From: Lama guanicoe
Lineage: Eukaryota
Assembly (NCBI GenBank): GCA_013239625.1
Contig: MU053379.1
Coordinates: 4,896,714-4,960,713 of the forward strand
DNA length: 64,000 nucleotides
Direction of reading: 5' to 3'
The notes under the pieces: model-generated
What the model was told of the DNA's origin: nothing
The model's database searches: none
The model's input: the letters and a program-made list of their open reading frames with translations, nothing else
Shown here: positions 13,863 through 26,210 of the stretch, in pieces
How the letters are laid out: the number at the start of each line of letters is the position of its first letter
Numbering within the stretch: position 1 is the first letter of the stretch
Translations under genes and position numbers: made by a program

Positions 13863-14559
13863 CCACAAGCACACGTACAGCCCCAGGGACCAGTAACGTT
13901 GCTCTCACCCCAGCTCCTTCCCCACCCTGGGCCTTTGCTGGTCCGCAGAGGACAGGGCACAGACCCATACCTGCTCTGAGACCCACGCGGTGCTTCTGAA
14001 AGCGAGAACAACCCGCAGCACTGAGGACAGGCAGCAGTGACCGCCCACCCCCGAGGTACTGTGGGGTCAAGGCCCTGAGCACAGGGCAGCCCGCCCCCCG
14101 GCCGTGCTCGGTGTGAGGCCCCCAGGTCCTCAGCACAAGCCCACCTGGGGAACTGAGGCTCGGAGCCCTCGCTAGGGTCACCCAAGAGCGTAGAGGCAGC
14201 GCTCCGGACCCCTCCTCACCACTGCGGGGCACGTGGACCATGCCGGGCAGGGCGCCGGGACCCTGAGCCAAAGGTGGGAGGTGGCCCATCACCCCTCAGC
14301 AAACCCTGCCCCCCTCCGGTTCCAGGCCCCGCGGTGGCCGGCCCCTGCATCCCAGTCCGCACTCGGTTTTCCTGCCACTTTCAGGGAGAGTCGCCCAGTC
14401 ACACCAGCAGGACAGTCCCCTGCAGGGGCCCTCAGGTCCCAGAACCTGGTCCTGGGGAGGAGGAACCCCAAGCGGCTGTGCTTCTGAAAACCCCTGCTCA
14501 CTTATTTTGCTGCAAGGTCTCTCCCACGTGCCTCGAGGGCAGAAGTCACGGAGGCTTTG

Positions 14560-14777
14560 CTCACAGCTCTCACCAACGCCTGCAGACAATCTCCCATCTG
14601 GAAACTTTCACAAAGGAAGCGGTTGAGTTTACAGCTGGCAGATGTGGAGGCGAAGCTTCTGGCCAAAAGGACGCAGCAAGAAACCGCCATCCCCGCCCCC
14701 GGCAGGCGGTTCGCGGGGCGGGGCTCCCCCACCACCTCGCTGCCGGCGCCCCTGCCCAGACGGCCCTGCGCACAGCC
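14560..14777 (+). promoter_or_regulatory. Putative CST7 proximal promoter (TATA-less)
   Basis: Immediately upstream of the ATG: ETS-like AAAGGAAGCGG (~14611-14621), E-boxes CAGCTG and CAGATG, GC box GGGGCGGGG (~14714-14722). Motif evidence only. Confidence 0.45.
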
Positions 14778-14847
14778 ATGTGTCCAGCCTGGGTGCTGCT
14801 GACCGTCTGCAGCCTGGTCCTGGGTGCCACGGGGGGTCCTTCTCAAG
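14778..14847 (+). CDS. CST7: CST7 exon 1 (signal peptide)
   Basis: gccATGtgt start; encodes MCPAWVLLTVCSLVLGATGGPSQ; donor AAG|gtaaga. Confidence 0.93.
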
Positions 14848-17800
14848 GTAAGAGGAAGAGGGGGGTCTCCCTGCCACATGGGGTGCTGAGCTTATTCCGC
14901 GACCCCACCCGTGTTCCCAAGTCACATTCCAGGGGACCAGACAGTGGCTGCCTTTGTGGGGAGCACCATTCAGAGGTGGGGGTCTGGACCACCCGGGACC
15001 GGGGCAGCATCTGTCCCAGCGCTCCTGAGGTCTGCAGGTGGTCCCCACGGCTCCCTGCGGGGACAGCGTGCAGGGTAGCGGTCGGGCGGTTTCCATCTGA
15101 TGGCGCATCCTTCCTGCCTCCAATGCTGTGCTGTGACTTGGCTGGAAGGACCCTAAGCCTTTGTCCTTCCTGCCATGGAGGAGGGGAGGAGGGGAGCCGC
15201 TGCCTGTGGGCCAGGTAACTCTGGCACAGAGACATTAGGTGATTTGCCCAGGTCACACAGCCCACGAGCACCTGCACACCAGGAAGCTGGTGCTCAGGGC
15301 CAAAGTGACCAGTGGGCAGGGACAGCCCCCAGACTGTAGCTGGCTTCTGCCCTCCTCCCTCTTTGAAGGGGGCTTGGGCCAGGCCACAGGTGACCGGCGT
15401 CCGGGCAGGACACCATCACCAACCCACTCTCGCACCTGCCTCCCCTGCCGCAGCCCCTCTGGCTGGCACAGGACCCCCAGCCTGGTCGGACCTACTCTGG
15501 ATAGCAAAGCCCAGATGGACAAGGGTCCAGAGTCCACACCCCACGCGGGGGCCTTGGGGCCTGGAGCCTGCCCAAGCTGCCTTCTTACCACCCGAGAAGC
15601 GGGTAAATCACGGCACCCCTGGGCCCTGGGGAGGCTGCCTCGGATGGCAACCCTGCCGTCCACTGTGCCGTCCACCCGCAACCCCATGCTGGGCCTCTGC
15701 TGGCCGGTGGCTCCCATGCCACAGGGACCCTTTCTGTGGCTCCTGTGTGTGACAGGTGACAGCCCCAGCGAAGGCCCCCAGCCCTTGTCCGTAGAGAGGC
15801 TTGGAGGCCCTGTCTGGTGGTCGAGCAGGGGCAGGAGCTCAGCCCCAGACCCCAGTCTCCTGAGAACAGGTTCCAGAGCTTTCCACAGGGGGAGGCATTG
15901 CTCCTGGGCAGCTGGCCTCCCCCACCTCGGTGCTGAACGGCACTGACCCCAGCACAGAGCCCCGCAGCCTCCCTGCCGAGCCCCTCAGACCTGGGAAGTT
16001 GCTGCATCGATTTCTTCACCCCCCAGCCTTCCGTTGAAAAGGGAAAGAAAGCCCTTCTTTCTCAACCTGACTGCCATCTCTCGCAGGAAGCCCCCAGCCG
16101 AGCTCGCAGTGGCCCATCTTCCCACCATGGCCGCCTGGGCAGGGCCTGGGGCCGGGGCAGGAGCGAGAAGTGCCCAGAGACCACCCCCAGTGAGGGAGGT
16201 CCACGAGGGGGCCACTGACCCACTGTCTGCATTTAGAGATTTCTTTGTTCTGGGGGTACACTGGTTTGCCCTCAGCCATGGTGCACATCTGACGGCACCA
16301 CGGCACACCCCTCATCAACCAGACCTTCCCGTGGACGGTCTCGTGCATTTTCACCACCTCCCTGTGGGGTCGGGGCCACTGTCACCCCCGTGTACAGATG
16401 AGGACATGGAGGCTCAGAGAGGTGAAGCAGCTTCCCCAAGACTGCACAGCCTTTGGGAGGCAGAGCTGGTACTCAGACTCTGGACGCGTCGCAGTGGGTT
16501 AAGGCTGGGACTGACCAGCACCCTGTTTGTGCCAGTGGACGTGTGTCCTCAAAACAATGGGCTACTCATTCCTCAGATGGAGTTAAGGGCAAGAACCAGC
16601 TCACTGAGTTCTGGTGTCGCGTGAGGGGCGGGGCTCAGGGGAGGCTCTGGGTGGGCAGGGGACCCCAGCACCCCAGGCCCTGGGCACAGCCCTCCTACTG
16701 TGAGCTCAGGACCCCGCCCACTCAAGGGCCCTGTGACACTGGCGGGGCAGCAGCCCCCCAAGGAATGCACCCGGGGACACAGGGAGGGCCTCTGGCAGGG
16801 AAGCACCCTGGTTCCCTCCTCGGGCCCCCCCACCTCCCTGGGCACACCTAGGACACTCCTGAAACAGGAACAGGCCGAGCAGCCCCCACCCCCGCCACAC
16901 CAGGAACTCCCCCAAGGGCAGCTCATCAGGTCTCGGGCCGGGGGAGGGGCAGGACTCTCCACAGGGCTCGGCCCCGCCAGGCTTCAGTGTCTCCGCTGGG
17001 CTTCAGTGCGCAGAGGCAGGGCCCGCGCCCCAGGCGGGGCATGAGTCCCACGTGCCTTAGTTTTTCAGAAAAGCAAACTGAGAGACATTTACCAAAAACC
17101 CTCACTACCAGCTGCTCTTTGTCAGGAAGCAGCTGTCCACAGCGCTTCTGGGACGTGAGCTGCACACCTGGTGGTAATTCCAGGGCAGGCTAAATCCTCT
17201 TTGACCTGCAGACACAGGCACCTCTGGCTGCAGCTCTCACTGCTCTGGCCTTGTCCCCGAGGTTCTGACTGTGCCCCCAAGCTCTGGCATCAACCTGCTC
17301 AACCATGGACCCGGTCTGATCGACAGTGTCTCTGGGAAGCACACACACACCAGTGGAGGATCAGTGCCCACCCGGGGAGGGCGAGCAGAGCCCGGCACAT
17401 CGACGTCCGACGTCCGTGGGGCCAGAGTCAGCTGTGAAGGAGACGGTGTGGGGCGGGACAGGACAGGAGCTGGGGGAGGAACCACCGTGATTTACATGGA
17501 AAGTTACACTTTTCAGCAAGAAACAGCAGAATGTTTCCTTAAGCTTTGCTTCCCATCCTGATCACCAGGGAGACGAGAGACTCCTTGACCCCCTCGAGTC
17601 GGGACTGGGGACTGGGGGTGATCTCACTGGGGCCAGGTGCAGCCCAGGGGCCTGCGGAGCCCCAGGTGTGCTGGTTCCTGCGGCAAGACCAAGCTGTTCC
17701 AGGGCCGGCGAGAAGCATCTGCCAAAGGCTGGTCCCATGCTGTTGCCCTGGGGCCAGCTCCACCTGCTTGATGTTTGAGACTCTAAATGTCCCTGCCCCA

Positions 17801-20800
17801 GGGAGAGTCTACCAGCCCTGGGAAAGCTGGGCCTCCGCCCTGCACACTGTTCCCGGGTAGGGGGCAACATACCCCCTTCAGCGCCGCTGTCACCCTAATC
17901 TCCCCAAGTCCCAGCCCCCATCTCTTGCGGTCTGAGTCATTTTTTTCAAGACCAGCCTTCCTGGCTCAGCCTGTCCCACCCTGTGGGGGTCCGCCCACCC
18001 CTCTCTTCCTGCGCCTTTCTGGGCCACAGTCCCCACCCCCCATCATGCAGGGGAAGGTGGGGAGTCCCACTCATTTGAGAAGTCCACTTCTCTGAGCTGC
18101 CCGGCCCCCCCCCCGGACGCCAGCGTTGTGTGACACAGAAGAATTTTCTGTTCCTCCTGACCAGGCCACCAGCAGCCACAGTGTGAGTCACGACCCCCTC
18201 TCACCCCCGCACCCAGCCTCCAGCTAGGGGATGTCAGATTTGCCCTCCCCACACCCTGCCCACTTCCGTGCTTTCTAACTAGTCCCCACCCCAGCATCCC
18301 TCCTCCTGCCAGGTTAGTGTCACTGTCACAGTCCTCCCCTCCTGGACTGTGCCCCACACCGCCCACGACTCTGAGCACATGGCGTCACCCACAGCACCAC
18401 CACCAAGAAGTACTTCTTGAATGAGATAAAAAGGTTAGGTCCTTAGAACCTGTCAAACCTGGGTTAAACCCGCCCCTTGGAGGCCTCAGCTCCTCCCTGG
18501 AGAAGGGGGACACGCGGCCCCCACAGACGTGGGAGAAGAGCCCCCAGACCTCCGCCTCAGGTTGGGGTGCGGGCTCCCTGGCTGCGCCCCGGGCCTGGGC
18601 CGTCTGTCTTCCTCCGGGAGGAGACCCTCCTTTGCTGGCTCTGCACCAGCCCTCCCCTGTTGTCGTCTTCTGAAGGGTCACCCTGAAAACAGGTTTGACT
18701 TTTCAACATTAAATTAAAAACGGGGTTTTAGTTTATTTAGACAACTGTGCTGGTGAAATCTTACTGAACTGAAGCCTACGTCTCAGGAAATGTAGTTAAA
18801 ACTAAACCAACCTCAGTGATCTCAGAACCTCGTCCAACTGTACCAACATCACGTAGGAGCTGAGGTCACGCGTCTGAAGGGACGCTCGTCAGAGGCTCGG
18901 CCTCAGCTAGCTTCACCTCGTTAATACAATCCCATTCAAGCCCGCCGAGGCAAACTGCACACACGGGTAGCATCTGAGACGCAGGTGTCAGTGGCTCCCT
19001 CAGACCCCAACAGCGAGTTCTGCTGGTTTTGTTACACTCTTCTGTATTTTTCAAACTTCCTACCAAACAGATAAACCTACAATCAGAGAAGGCAATATAC
19101 GTAATTCGTACAAAGACAGCCAGCTGTGGACAGCGACCCCCGGGGGGCGAGGGGACCGTCCGATGGCACAGCCGCCCGAGCCTCGGCCCCTGGGAGGCGG
19201 CTCTCAGTCTGCTGCTCAGACCACCTGATGGGCAGGTTCAAGCTGTTTTCCAGGAAGCTGAAGCTGAAAACCACACTGGACTTCCTGTCAACGGCAGACC
19301 TGAGCCAGCGCCCGCCCAGCACAGCCCAGCGGATGGGGATGTCACTCGAGGGCCGGACGGCTGCGGTGGAGTCTCAGAGATGCTGCCCGGGGCCTCGTGG
19401 GGCCAGCGCTCTGGGACAGCACAGCCAGCAACAGCGGCACCTGCTGGGGCGCTCTCGCAGGGGACGGGCCTGCCCAGCTGCCCCGACCCTGGGACCCAGC
19501 TGGGCCACCCAAAAGGAGGTGCCCCGCACAGGCAGGCAGCACCAGCCCCCTTTGGAAGAGGCTGACCCGGGGCCCCCAGGGTCTCAGGTCCATGCAGATC
19601 CAACCCAGACACAGACCCGGCCACACTCCCTCTGCCCACTCCCAGCGCCCCTCCGCCGCTCCGCCACACGGAGAGGAGACCCTCAGGTGGGCTGCACGTG
19701 GCGCGCTGGGCGGGGGTTCAGTGTGCCGCCCTCGCGTCAGACATCCATTTCTGAGAAGGGCTTCGTGGGTGGACACGGCCTCCTCCAGGACCCTCGCTCA
19801 GATGAGCTGATGGGCTCAGACACCCTGGCAAGACCTTCCGCTGGGCTGGGGTGTTGCCGCACTCCCCCCACCGTGACTCGTGAGCCAGGTGGCCACCGGG
19901 GACACGTGCCAGCTGCCTGACCAACCCCAGCTGGAGCCCGCGGACTGTCCGTGTCACCAACCCTGCGCCCAGCCCACTGACCCTCATCCCCACCCCAAGC
20001 TCAAGGTTCAGGCCCTCCTCTCCACCCATCAGCCCCACACTGGGGCTCCTTGTCCCCCACGGGACGCCCCAGATCAGCCCGAGAAAGCCTTCTACTCAAG
20101 CCGCTTCACCTGTTGAACACACGCGCTGTTATCCGCCCAAAAGTTGAGATCTCCTCACAGCCAGGGACCCCATGTCTCCCCGGACGGCAGCGGTCCACCC
20201 CAGAGCCTCAGCCCCGCCCACCCCTCCCCACGTGCTGCTCCACTCGGTCAGCGACAGAAAACAGCTGAGCTGGCCGCCTGCCGGGGACAAGCCAGCCCCG
20301 GTCACCTCTGCAAGAGAGCATCTCAGTAAAACCTGGGGAAGTCTCAGTAAAGAGGAGGCGTCTGCAAGCCAAAAACTCTCTTCCCTTCCTCCCACCCCCA
20401 TAATTTTAGATCTCTCCTCAAACTTTATTATGTTAATACACGAGGGGTCCACGACTGCTGCAGGAAAACTGAGAATAAGAAGCCTGAGGTCAAGTCACCC
20501 GAGGGCCCAGAAGAAAAGTCCCCGCCCACTTGTGGCCCACACGCCTGGGGGCACTGCCCCGCGGCCACCTGCTGGGGACGAGCTGAGGGGCCAGAGCCAA
20601 AGGGCAGCCTCGAAGGCTGGGTGGAGGGGCCCTCTGAAGACCGAGGCCCCCCCCCAACGAGGCTCATTCTGGTCCCGGCGGCGTGTCCAGGTTTCTCGAA
20701 CCGCGGGAAGTAACCGGGTCCTGAGAGGGGCCATGTGGGCGCACACTGCGCCGCCCACCACACCGGCCCTCGGCTCTGAGCGCGGAGCCAACACGGGGGC

Positions 20801-22912
20801 GCACGGCGGATGCCCTGGGGTGCGGGGCGGACGGGCGGGGGCCACGCTCCTAGCAACGCTTTCATCTGCCTGCTTCTCTTCCAGACTCGTGTTCCCAGGT
20901 CCTTCACTCAGGCGTGAAGCCAGGGTTCCCCAAGACCATCAAGACCGACAACCCAGACGTCCTCAGGGCGGCCAGACACAGCGCCGAGAGGTTCAACAAC
21001 TGCTCCAACGACGTCTTCCTGTTCAAGGAGTCGCGAGTCCGCAGAGCCCTCGTCCAGGTGGGTCTGGGCTCCCCGCCTGCAGCTGCCCTTTCCCTGCACA
21101 GGCGTCACACCCTGCAGGGTCCCAAGGCTCCTCAGCGACCCTGTACAGGCAGCTCAGCCCCCCCATCCCAGGAGGGCCCCCAGGGCAGCCAGGCCAGGCT
21201 CATCCTCGGTCCCGAGCACACACGTCAGCAAGGGCCCAGGACAGTGACGGGACAGTCACCCACTGAAAGCAGGGCCCAGGGCAGCCAGTCAGCGAGCTCC
21301 GCGTTCACCCACTGGGGCGCTGGTGTCAGCTGGGCACAGGGGGCCGCTCCACGGGCTGACTCAGGACAACAGTCGCCCTGGGTCATGAGATGCAGGGTGA
21401 CGTCCTCATCTTTATTCTCCTCGGGGACCGCAAGCGGAGAGCAGAATGCAGTCACCGTCATAGTGGGCATTCTGTGCAGTGGAGCGGCCAGCATCAGGTT
21501 CCAGGGGCCCAGACCCCGGTCTTCGCTCCCTACCTCCCCATGTACAGGCAGCTCAGCCCCCCATCCCAGGAGGGCCCCCAGGGCAGCCAGGCCAGGCTCA
21601 TCCTCGGTCCCGAGCACACACGTCAGCAAGGGCCCAGGACAGTGACGGGACAGTCACCCACTGAAAGCAGGGCCCAGGGCAGCCAGTCAGCGAGCTCCGC
21701 GTTCACCCACTGGGGCGCTGGTGTCAGCTGGGCACAGGGGGCCGCTCCACGGGCTGACTCAGGACAACAGTCGCCCTGGGTCATGAGATGCAGGGTGACG
21801 TCCTCATCTTTATTCTCCTCGGGGACCGCAAGCGGAGAGCAGGATGCAGTCACCGTCATAGTGGGCATTCTGTGCAGTGGAGCGGCCAGCATCAGGTTCC
21901 AGGGGCCCAGACCCCGGTCTTCGCTCCCTACCTCCCCCCCTCCCCCGTCTCAGGCCACGTCCTGCTGCTGGAGGAGCTGCAGCCGTCCGTCCTGGACCTG
22001 GGACCCGGCTCTGTCCCCTCAGGTAGTGAAAGGCCTGAAGTTCATGCTGGACGTGGACATTGGGAGAACCACCTGCAAGAAGACTGGGCACCCGAGCCTG
22101 GATGACTGCGACTTCCAGACCAACCGCACCCTGAAGCGGGTAAGAGGGGTCTCGCCTCCTGGCACGCAGGCCCCCACCCACCCCCACAGCCTCGGGCGTC
22201 ACCCTCAGCACTTCTCTGTCCCCCAGGTTCCCAATCTCACCCCAGGCAGCAGTGCCACCGGAGAGCAGGGAGGCGGCAGCCCCCCAGGCCTCCCCAGGCG
22301 ACCCCCACACTCCCAAAGGCACACCTGCAGGCAGTAAGCGCTGCGGGCTTGGGGCAGGGGAGAGCTTTCATGCAATTCAGAAATCACAGCGAGGAGGGTG
22401 CAGCTCAGCGGCAGAGCACGTGCTTAGCACGCACGAGGTCCTGGGTGCACTCCCTCTAAGAATAAATAAACCTGATTAACTCCCCCACAAAAAAAAAAGG
22501 TTTTTATTAAAAAAAAATTAAATACACACACATAAGGAGAGCAAATGTGGCAAAATTTGGTTAACTTGTAAATATGGATGTTGAATATATATTCTTGAAT
22601 TATTACTTCGGTGTTTCTGTAGGTTTAAAATTTTTCGAAACAACTCAGAGCAGAGAGAGAACTGTTCAGTAAAGAAAACACACGTGCACACCCACGCGCA
22701 CACCCACATGCGCGAGCACACCCACGCGCATGTGCAAACAGCCTCAGCAGCCGCGCTGGGAGCCCACCTCTGCGGCGGGGGGGTGGCGGGGGGCGGCCTC
22801 CAGGAAGGAGGACCCTCAGGCCCCCTTGTTCCAGGCTCTCAGCTGCTACTCGGAAGTCTGGGTGGTCCCCTGGCTCCAGAGCTTCCAGGTGCCCGTCCTC
22901 CGCTGTCATTGA
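14778..22912 (+). CDS. CST7: Cystatin F (leukocystatin), 4 coding exons, 145 aa: join(14778..14847,20885..21057,22023..22139,22835..22912)
   Basis: Spliced translation MCPAWVLLTVCSLVLGATGGPSQDSCSQVLHSGVKPGFPKTIKT...ALVQ|VVKGLKFMLDVDIGRTTCKK...|ALSCYSEVWVVPWLQSFQVPVLRCH*. Has a signal peptide, the cystatin QxVxG motif (QVVKG across the exon 2/3 junction), the PW motif, the cystatin-F-specific Cys26/Cys63 and sequons NCS and NRT. All introns are GT-AG with consistent phase. Confidence 0.97.
16380..16485 (-). mobile_element. MIR SINE fragment
   Basis: MIR core CCCCGTGTACAGATGAGGACATGGAGGCTCAGAGAGGTGAAGCAGCTTCCCCAAGACTGCACAGC. Confidence 0.65.
20885..21057 (+). CDS. CST7: CST7 exon 2
   Basis: Acceptor ttctcttccag|AC; encodes DSCSQVLHSGVKPGFPKTIKTDNPDVLRAARHSAERFNNCSNDVFLFKESRVRRALVQ; donor CAG|gtgggt. 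Confidence 0.96.
21142..21937 (+). repeat. Direct tandem duplication, 2 x ~398 bp, CST7 intron 2
   Basis: 21142-21540 and 21541-21937 both begin TGTACAGGCAGCTCAGCCCC and end CTTCGCTCCCTACCTCCCC; differences seen: C7 vs C6 run and CAGAATG vs CAGGATG. Confidence 0.95.
22023..22139 (+). CDS. CST7: CST7 exon 3
   Basis: Acceptor gtcccctcag|GTA; encodes VVKGLKFMLDVDIGRTTCKKTGHPSLDDCDFQTNRTLKR; donor CGG|gtaaga. Confidence 0.96.
22391..22520 (+). mobile_element. tRNA-derived SINE (camelid Vic-1-like) in CST7 intron 3
   Basis: GAGGAGGGTGCAGCTCAGCGGCAGAGCACGTGCTTAGCACGCACGAGGTCCTGGGT followed by an A-rich tail with AATAAATAAACCTGATTAACTCCCC. Confidence 0.8.
22835..22912 (+). CDS. CST7: CST7 exon 4 (coding part, stop TGA)
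   Basis: Acceptor ccttgttccag|GCT; encodes ALSCYSEVWVVPWLQSFQVPVLRCH*. Confidence 0.96.
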   Translation, partial: ALSCYSEVWVVPWLQSFQVPVLRCH

Positions 22913-23288
22913 CCCACCAGCCCCGGCCCCTGGCTCCCTTCCTGCCACCACCGCCTGGTCATCAGGACTCCAAAACAGCACCTCTCAGACGGCAGCGCAG
23001 GGACCCACGACAGAACCACGTCACCACCTGCAGCCGGACTGAACATTCCACACGTGCTTCTAAACTTAACTAGTCTTCCCAACGCTGCCCACCTGGATTC
23101 AGGGCGAGTCCTCCGATGGGCATTACGTGGGTCCTGGACCCTGAATGCCCCGTGGCCCCAGGCTGCCAGTGAAAGCCTGGAGCCACCCTTCTGTCTGAAT
23201 AATCCATTGCTCCAGCACCAGGCGGGGGACAGGCCAGCTCCTGCGCACCATGGCCTCTTGGGGCGAATAGTTACGAGTGGTAAACATG

Positions 23289-23294
23289 AATAAA
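23289..23294 (+). terminator. CST7 polyadenylation signal AATAAA
   Basis: First canonical AATAAA, about 375 nt after the CST7 stop codon. Confidence 0.75.
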
Positions 23295-25279
23295 GAACTG
23301 ACCACCCAAAGCAATGCCTCTGCCAGACCTGCTCTGGGAGAACGGGGAAGCAGATGCGCATCGGGAGGCCCCTTTCCTCCACAGAGCTCTCCGAAGCTCT
23401 GCCATGCTACAACCAGAGCCCCAGAGACAGCTCCTCGCCTGAGAGGGGCTGGCCCCCCAGGCTGTGCAGTCCTGGGTGGGGGCCGCCCAAGGCTCGGCCC
23501 CTGTGCAGCTGTGCTTGGACAGGTGGGGAGGGGACAGAGCCGGAGACCCAGTGGGCCACCAGGGAGAGGGGAGAAGGCTGGGGCGGGGCGCAGGGAGACG
23601 CTGTGGGCTAGGTGGCAGGCTGGGCCACCCAGGAAGGTGACCAGACGTCTGAGCCAGTGAGGCCGAAGCGTCCTCTTCAAACCATAGATGAGCACAAAGG
23701 GCGCTGTCACCTTTAGGAAAACGACTCGCTAAATTACAAGAAACAGGAAGCATGCATTCAACGCGTACGGTGATTCAACACACTGTCGTAAATGTGACGG
23801 GTGAAAGCAAGGGACTGCACCCCCATCTAACTCACCACCCCTGGGGAAACAGAAAGCTAGGGCCCAGGGTTCTAAGATGACCAAAAAGAAGAAACGCTTG
23901 AGGTCTCAAACTGACCAAAATCAATCAGAGTTCAGAATTCCAACAGCCTGCCCTGAGCTTCCCCCCGCCAGGCCCCCCACACGCCGCCACATAGCCATGC
24001 AGATTCGGGGTTCAGCTCTGGGCCCCCATTCCAGCACCCAGCCCCCCAGGTTGCAGATGGGCCAGGCTGAGGAACGGCCACCGCCTGGGGGACCTACAAG
24101 GCCTCCGCCACACTGCTGCCCGGCCACCCGCAAGTCTGACCCCAGGCTGGGCGGCGGCCACCCAGTCTCCGCACCCCAGCACCCCCAGCAGCCTCGCCGT
24201 GCGCCGGCTGTGCCCCCAAGCAGGTCCCTCCGCAGCCTCAGCTCCCCCACAAGATGCAGCTGTGACCTTGTGTCACAAAAAGGTCAGGGTACGTGACAGC
24301 TGTTCAAGTCTGCAGAGGGCCCTGCAAGTCTCCAGGCAGGCCCTCCGTCCGAGAAAAGGCAGCACTGAGTCCCGCTGGCATTTCTGGAACAGGTGGTGAG
24401 GAAGCACACAGTGAATGAGCCGTGCGATGTAGTTTTCAGAGCACGTGAGGGATTCACATTAGAGCGAGTCTGTCTGCTTTCCAACAAGCGCCTGTGGCGC
24501 ACGCAAGCCTATGGAGGCTGCATTCTGCACCTCACTGCGGCGAATGCCAGGTAAAACACAGGAAATGACACTTTGAGACAGAAAGTCAACATCTGAGTCA
24601 AAAAAAGACGCCTTTGCTGGAAAATGTGAAAAGCTACCAGCTCCTCTGCACTGAGAGCAAAGCCCTCAGCTCCCAACCAAGAAGGAACCCAGGTGGGCAC
24701 ACCTGGGGTGCATGTCTACCGAAGAACGATCGGGTTCACTGACTATCCCGCACACTCACTAGACACCCGTGGCACACCGCTTCCCGTGAAAAAGCATTTC
24801 CCATGAAATGACATAACGCCAAGTCGTCACCAGGCAGGGCACGGGCCAGGCCAGCCTGACTCTGCTCCACGCTGCTGAAAGGCCGGCCCGAGCCGGCGAC
24901 CTGGGATGCGCCCCAGCAGATCCCGACTCTCCCACGGCGGGGGTTGGGGGCTGTGAGCGTCGGCCCCACCACGGCTGTCAGCCTCCCTGACCTGCAGCAT
25001 CAGCTACCAACAGTAGCGTCTATTCAAGTTACAGAGGCAACTGCAGAGACACAAGCCCTGGCGCCTTCTCACGAACACCCAGGAGAGGAAGGAGCACGGA
25101 GCCCCACTGTGCAGGCCGGAGAACAGGAGAGGCGGCCGCCGTGGGGGGGCCGCACAGACCTAAACCAGATCCCAGCGGGACAGCCGCTCCACGGGACACC
25201 GAGGAACCAGATCGCACTCGGCTGTTACGGTGGAAGAGACGGGAGAAACGCCCAAGCAAGGCCATCGGGGAGAAGTCCG

Positions 25280-25285
25280 TTTAAT
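25280..25285 (-). terminator. Candidate APMAP polyadenylation signal ATTAAA
   Basis: TTTAAT on the + strand, about 680 nt past the exon 9 stop; the only strong-class hexamer I saw nearby. Confidence 0.5.
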
Positions 25286-25958
25286 TATCATAACCTCGGG
25301 CCTGCAACACCTGGGCCAGAGCAGATGCCCCGTCAGTATACACAGCAGCACCAGGCCTGTGTCGTGGAGCGGATGCGACATCCCCACGTGCGCTCTTCAC
25401 ATCGGGGCTGGCGGTGCAGAGCCAGGTGTGTGAACAGGACCCCCCTCCCCCAGCCCCACCTTCAATCCCCATCCTTCCATCCGGTGGCCGGCCCCAGGGA
25501 AGGGGGGTCCCCTGAGCTGCTGGAATCAACATGCGGCTCCTCTGCCTGCACTCAGCTCCTTGCCTTCAAGGGCCAGGGGACTCAGGCAGGGAGGGGGCCG
25601 AGTGGGGCAGGAGAGTGGGAGCTACGGGAGGGACCCTGGGGCCGAGGCCGTGTCCTACTAACCCTGGAGAACAGGGTTGTGACGTCTTTGTTGGCCCGGC
25701 CACAGCCTGACACACGTTTGCTCTGAGCTCCCCCCGCCCGCCCGGCCCCACCCCCAAGACAGGCATCACCGGTTAACAGTAAAGACACCAAGGCTGGCAG
25801 CACAGAGCCTGCAGCAAAACAAGATCCTGGACGGCTCACCCACCGCCCTGTCCCTGAACCGGAGGCCCGTGTCTAGGGAACCGCTGCACCCAGGAGAGCT
25901 TTTCAGAGAAAGCAGCTTTACGGGGACTCATCATCCCCACGGCAGACACCACCTTCCC

Positions 25959-26210
25959 TCAGTCTCGGGGCGGAGCCCAGGGAGGGTGCCCCGCAGCGGC
26001 ACCATACTTTCTGAGCCGGCACCGGCAGAGGGAGGGGGACCTGAAGGAGCCCAGGTACAGGTGCCCGCCATGCTCGTGCGCCTCGCTCACGTAGGGGGCC
26101 ACCTGGCCATCGGGGTCGTGCAGGCTCCTCCGGAAGGCCCCGCTGTCACTGAGCTCCAGGACCAGGCTGTACCGCGGCACGAGCTTCATCACCGTCTCCT
26201 GACCCAGCAG
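25959..26210 (-). CDS. APMAP: APMAP exon 9 (coding part; altered, extended C-terminus)
   Basis: Encodes LLGQETVMKLVPRYSLVLELSDSGAFRRSLHDPDGQVAPYVSEAHEHGGHLYLGSFRSPSLCRCRLRKYGAAAGHPPWAPPRD*; acceptor cccttgcag. Confidence 0.92.
   Translation of the reverse strand: MLGQETVMKLVPRYSLVLELSDSGAFRRSLHDPDGQVAPYVSEAHEHGGHLYLGSFRSPSLCRCRLRKYGAAAGHPPWAPPRD

Noticed and set aside
569-14200. Many overlapping 60-310 aa ORFs upstream of CST7
   Set aside because: Low-complexity P/G/R/A/S composition in all six frames, mostly non-ATG starts, no recognisable homology or exon chain; expected from stop-codon scarcity at high GC.
20172-22337. Long ORFs of 364, 243 and 315 aa over CST7 exons 2-3 suggesting a larger protein
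   Set aside because: They are intron read-through of real exons plus the tandem duplication; the spliced model gives a complete 145-aa cystatin F.
25895-25945. SECIS-like ATGA-N11-AAA...TGA in the APMAP 3' UTR (ATGATGAGTCCCCGTAAAGCTGCTTTCTCTGAA), suggesting the exon 6 TGA encodes selenocysteine
   Set aside because: The would-be helix II pairs at only about 3-5 of 10 positions, a competing GGGGA/TCCCC hairpin exists, and the TGA replaces Arg rather than Cys. A SECISearch run would settle it.
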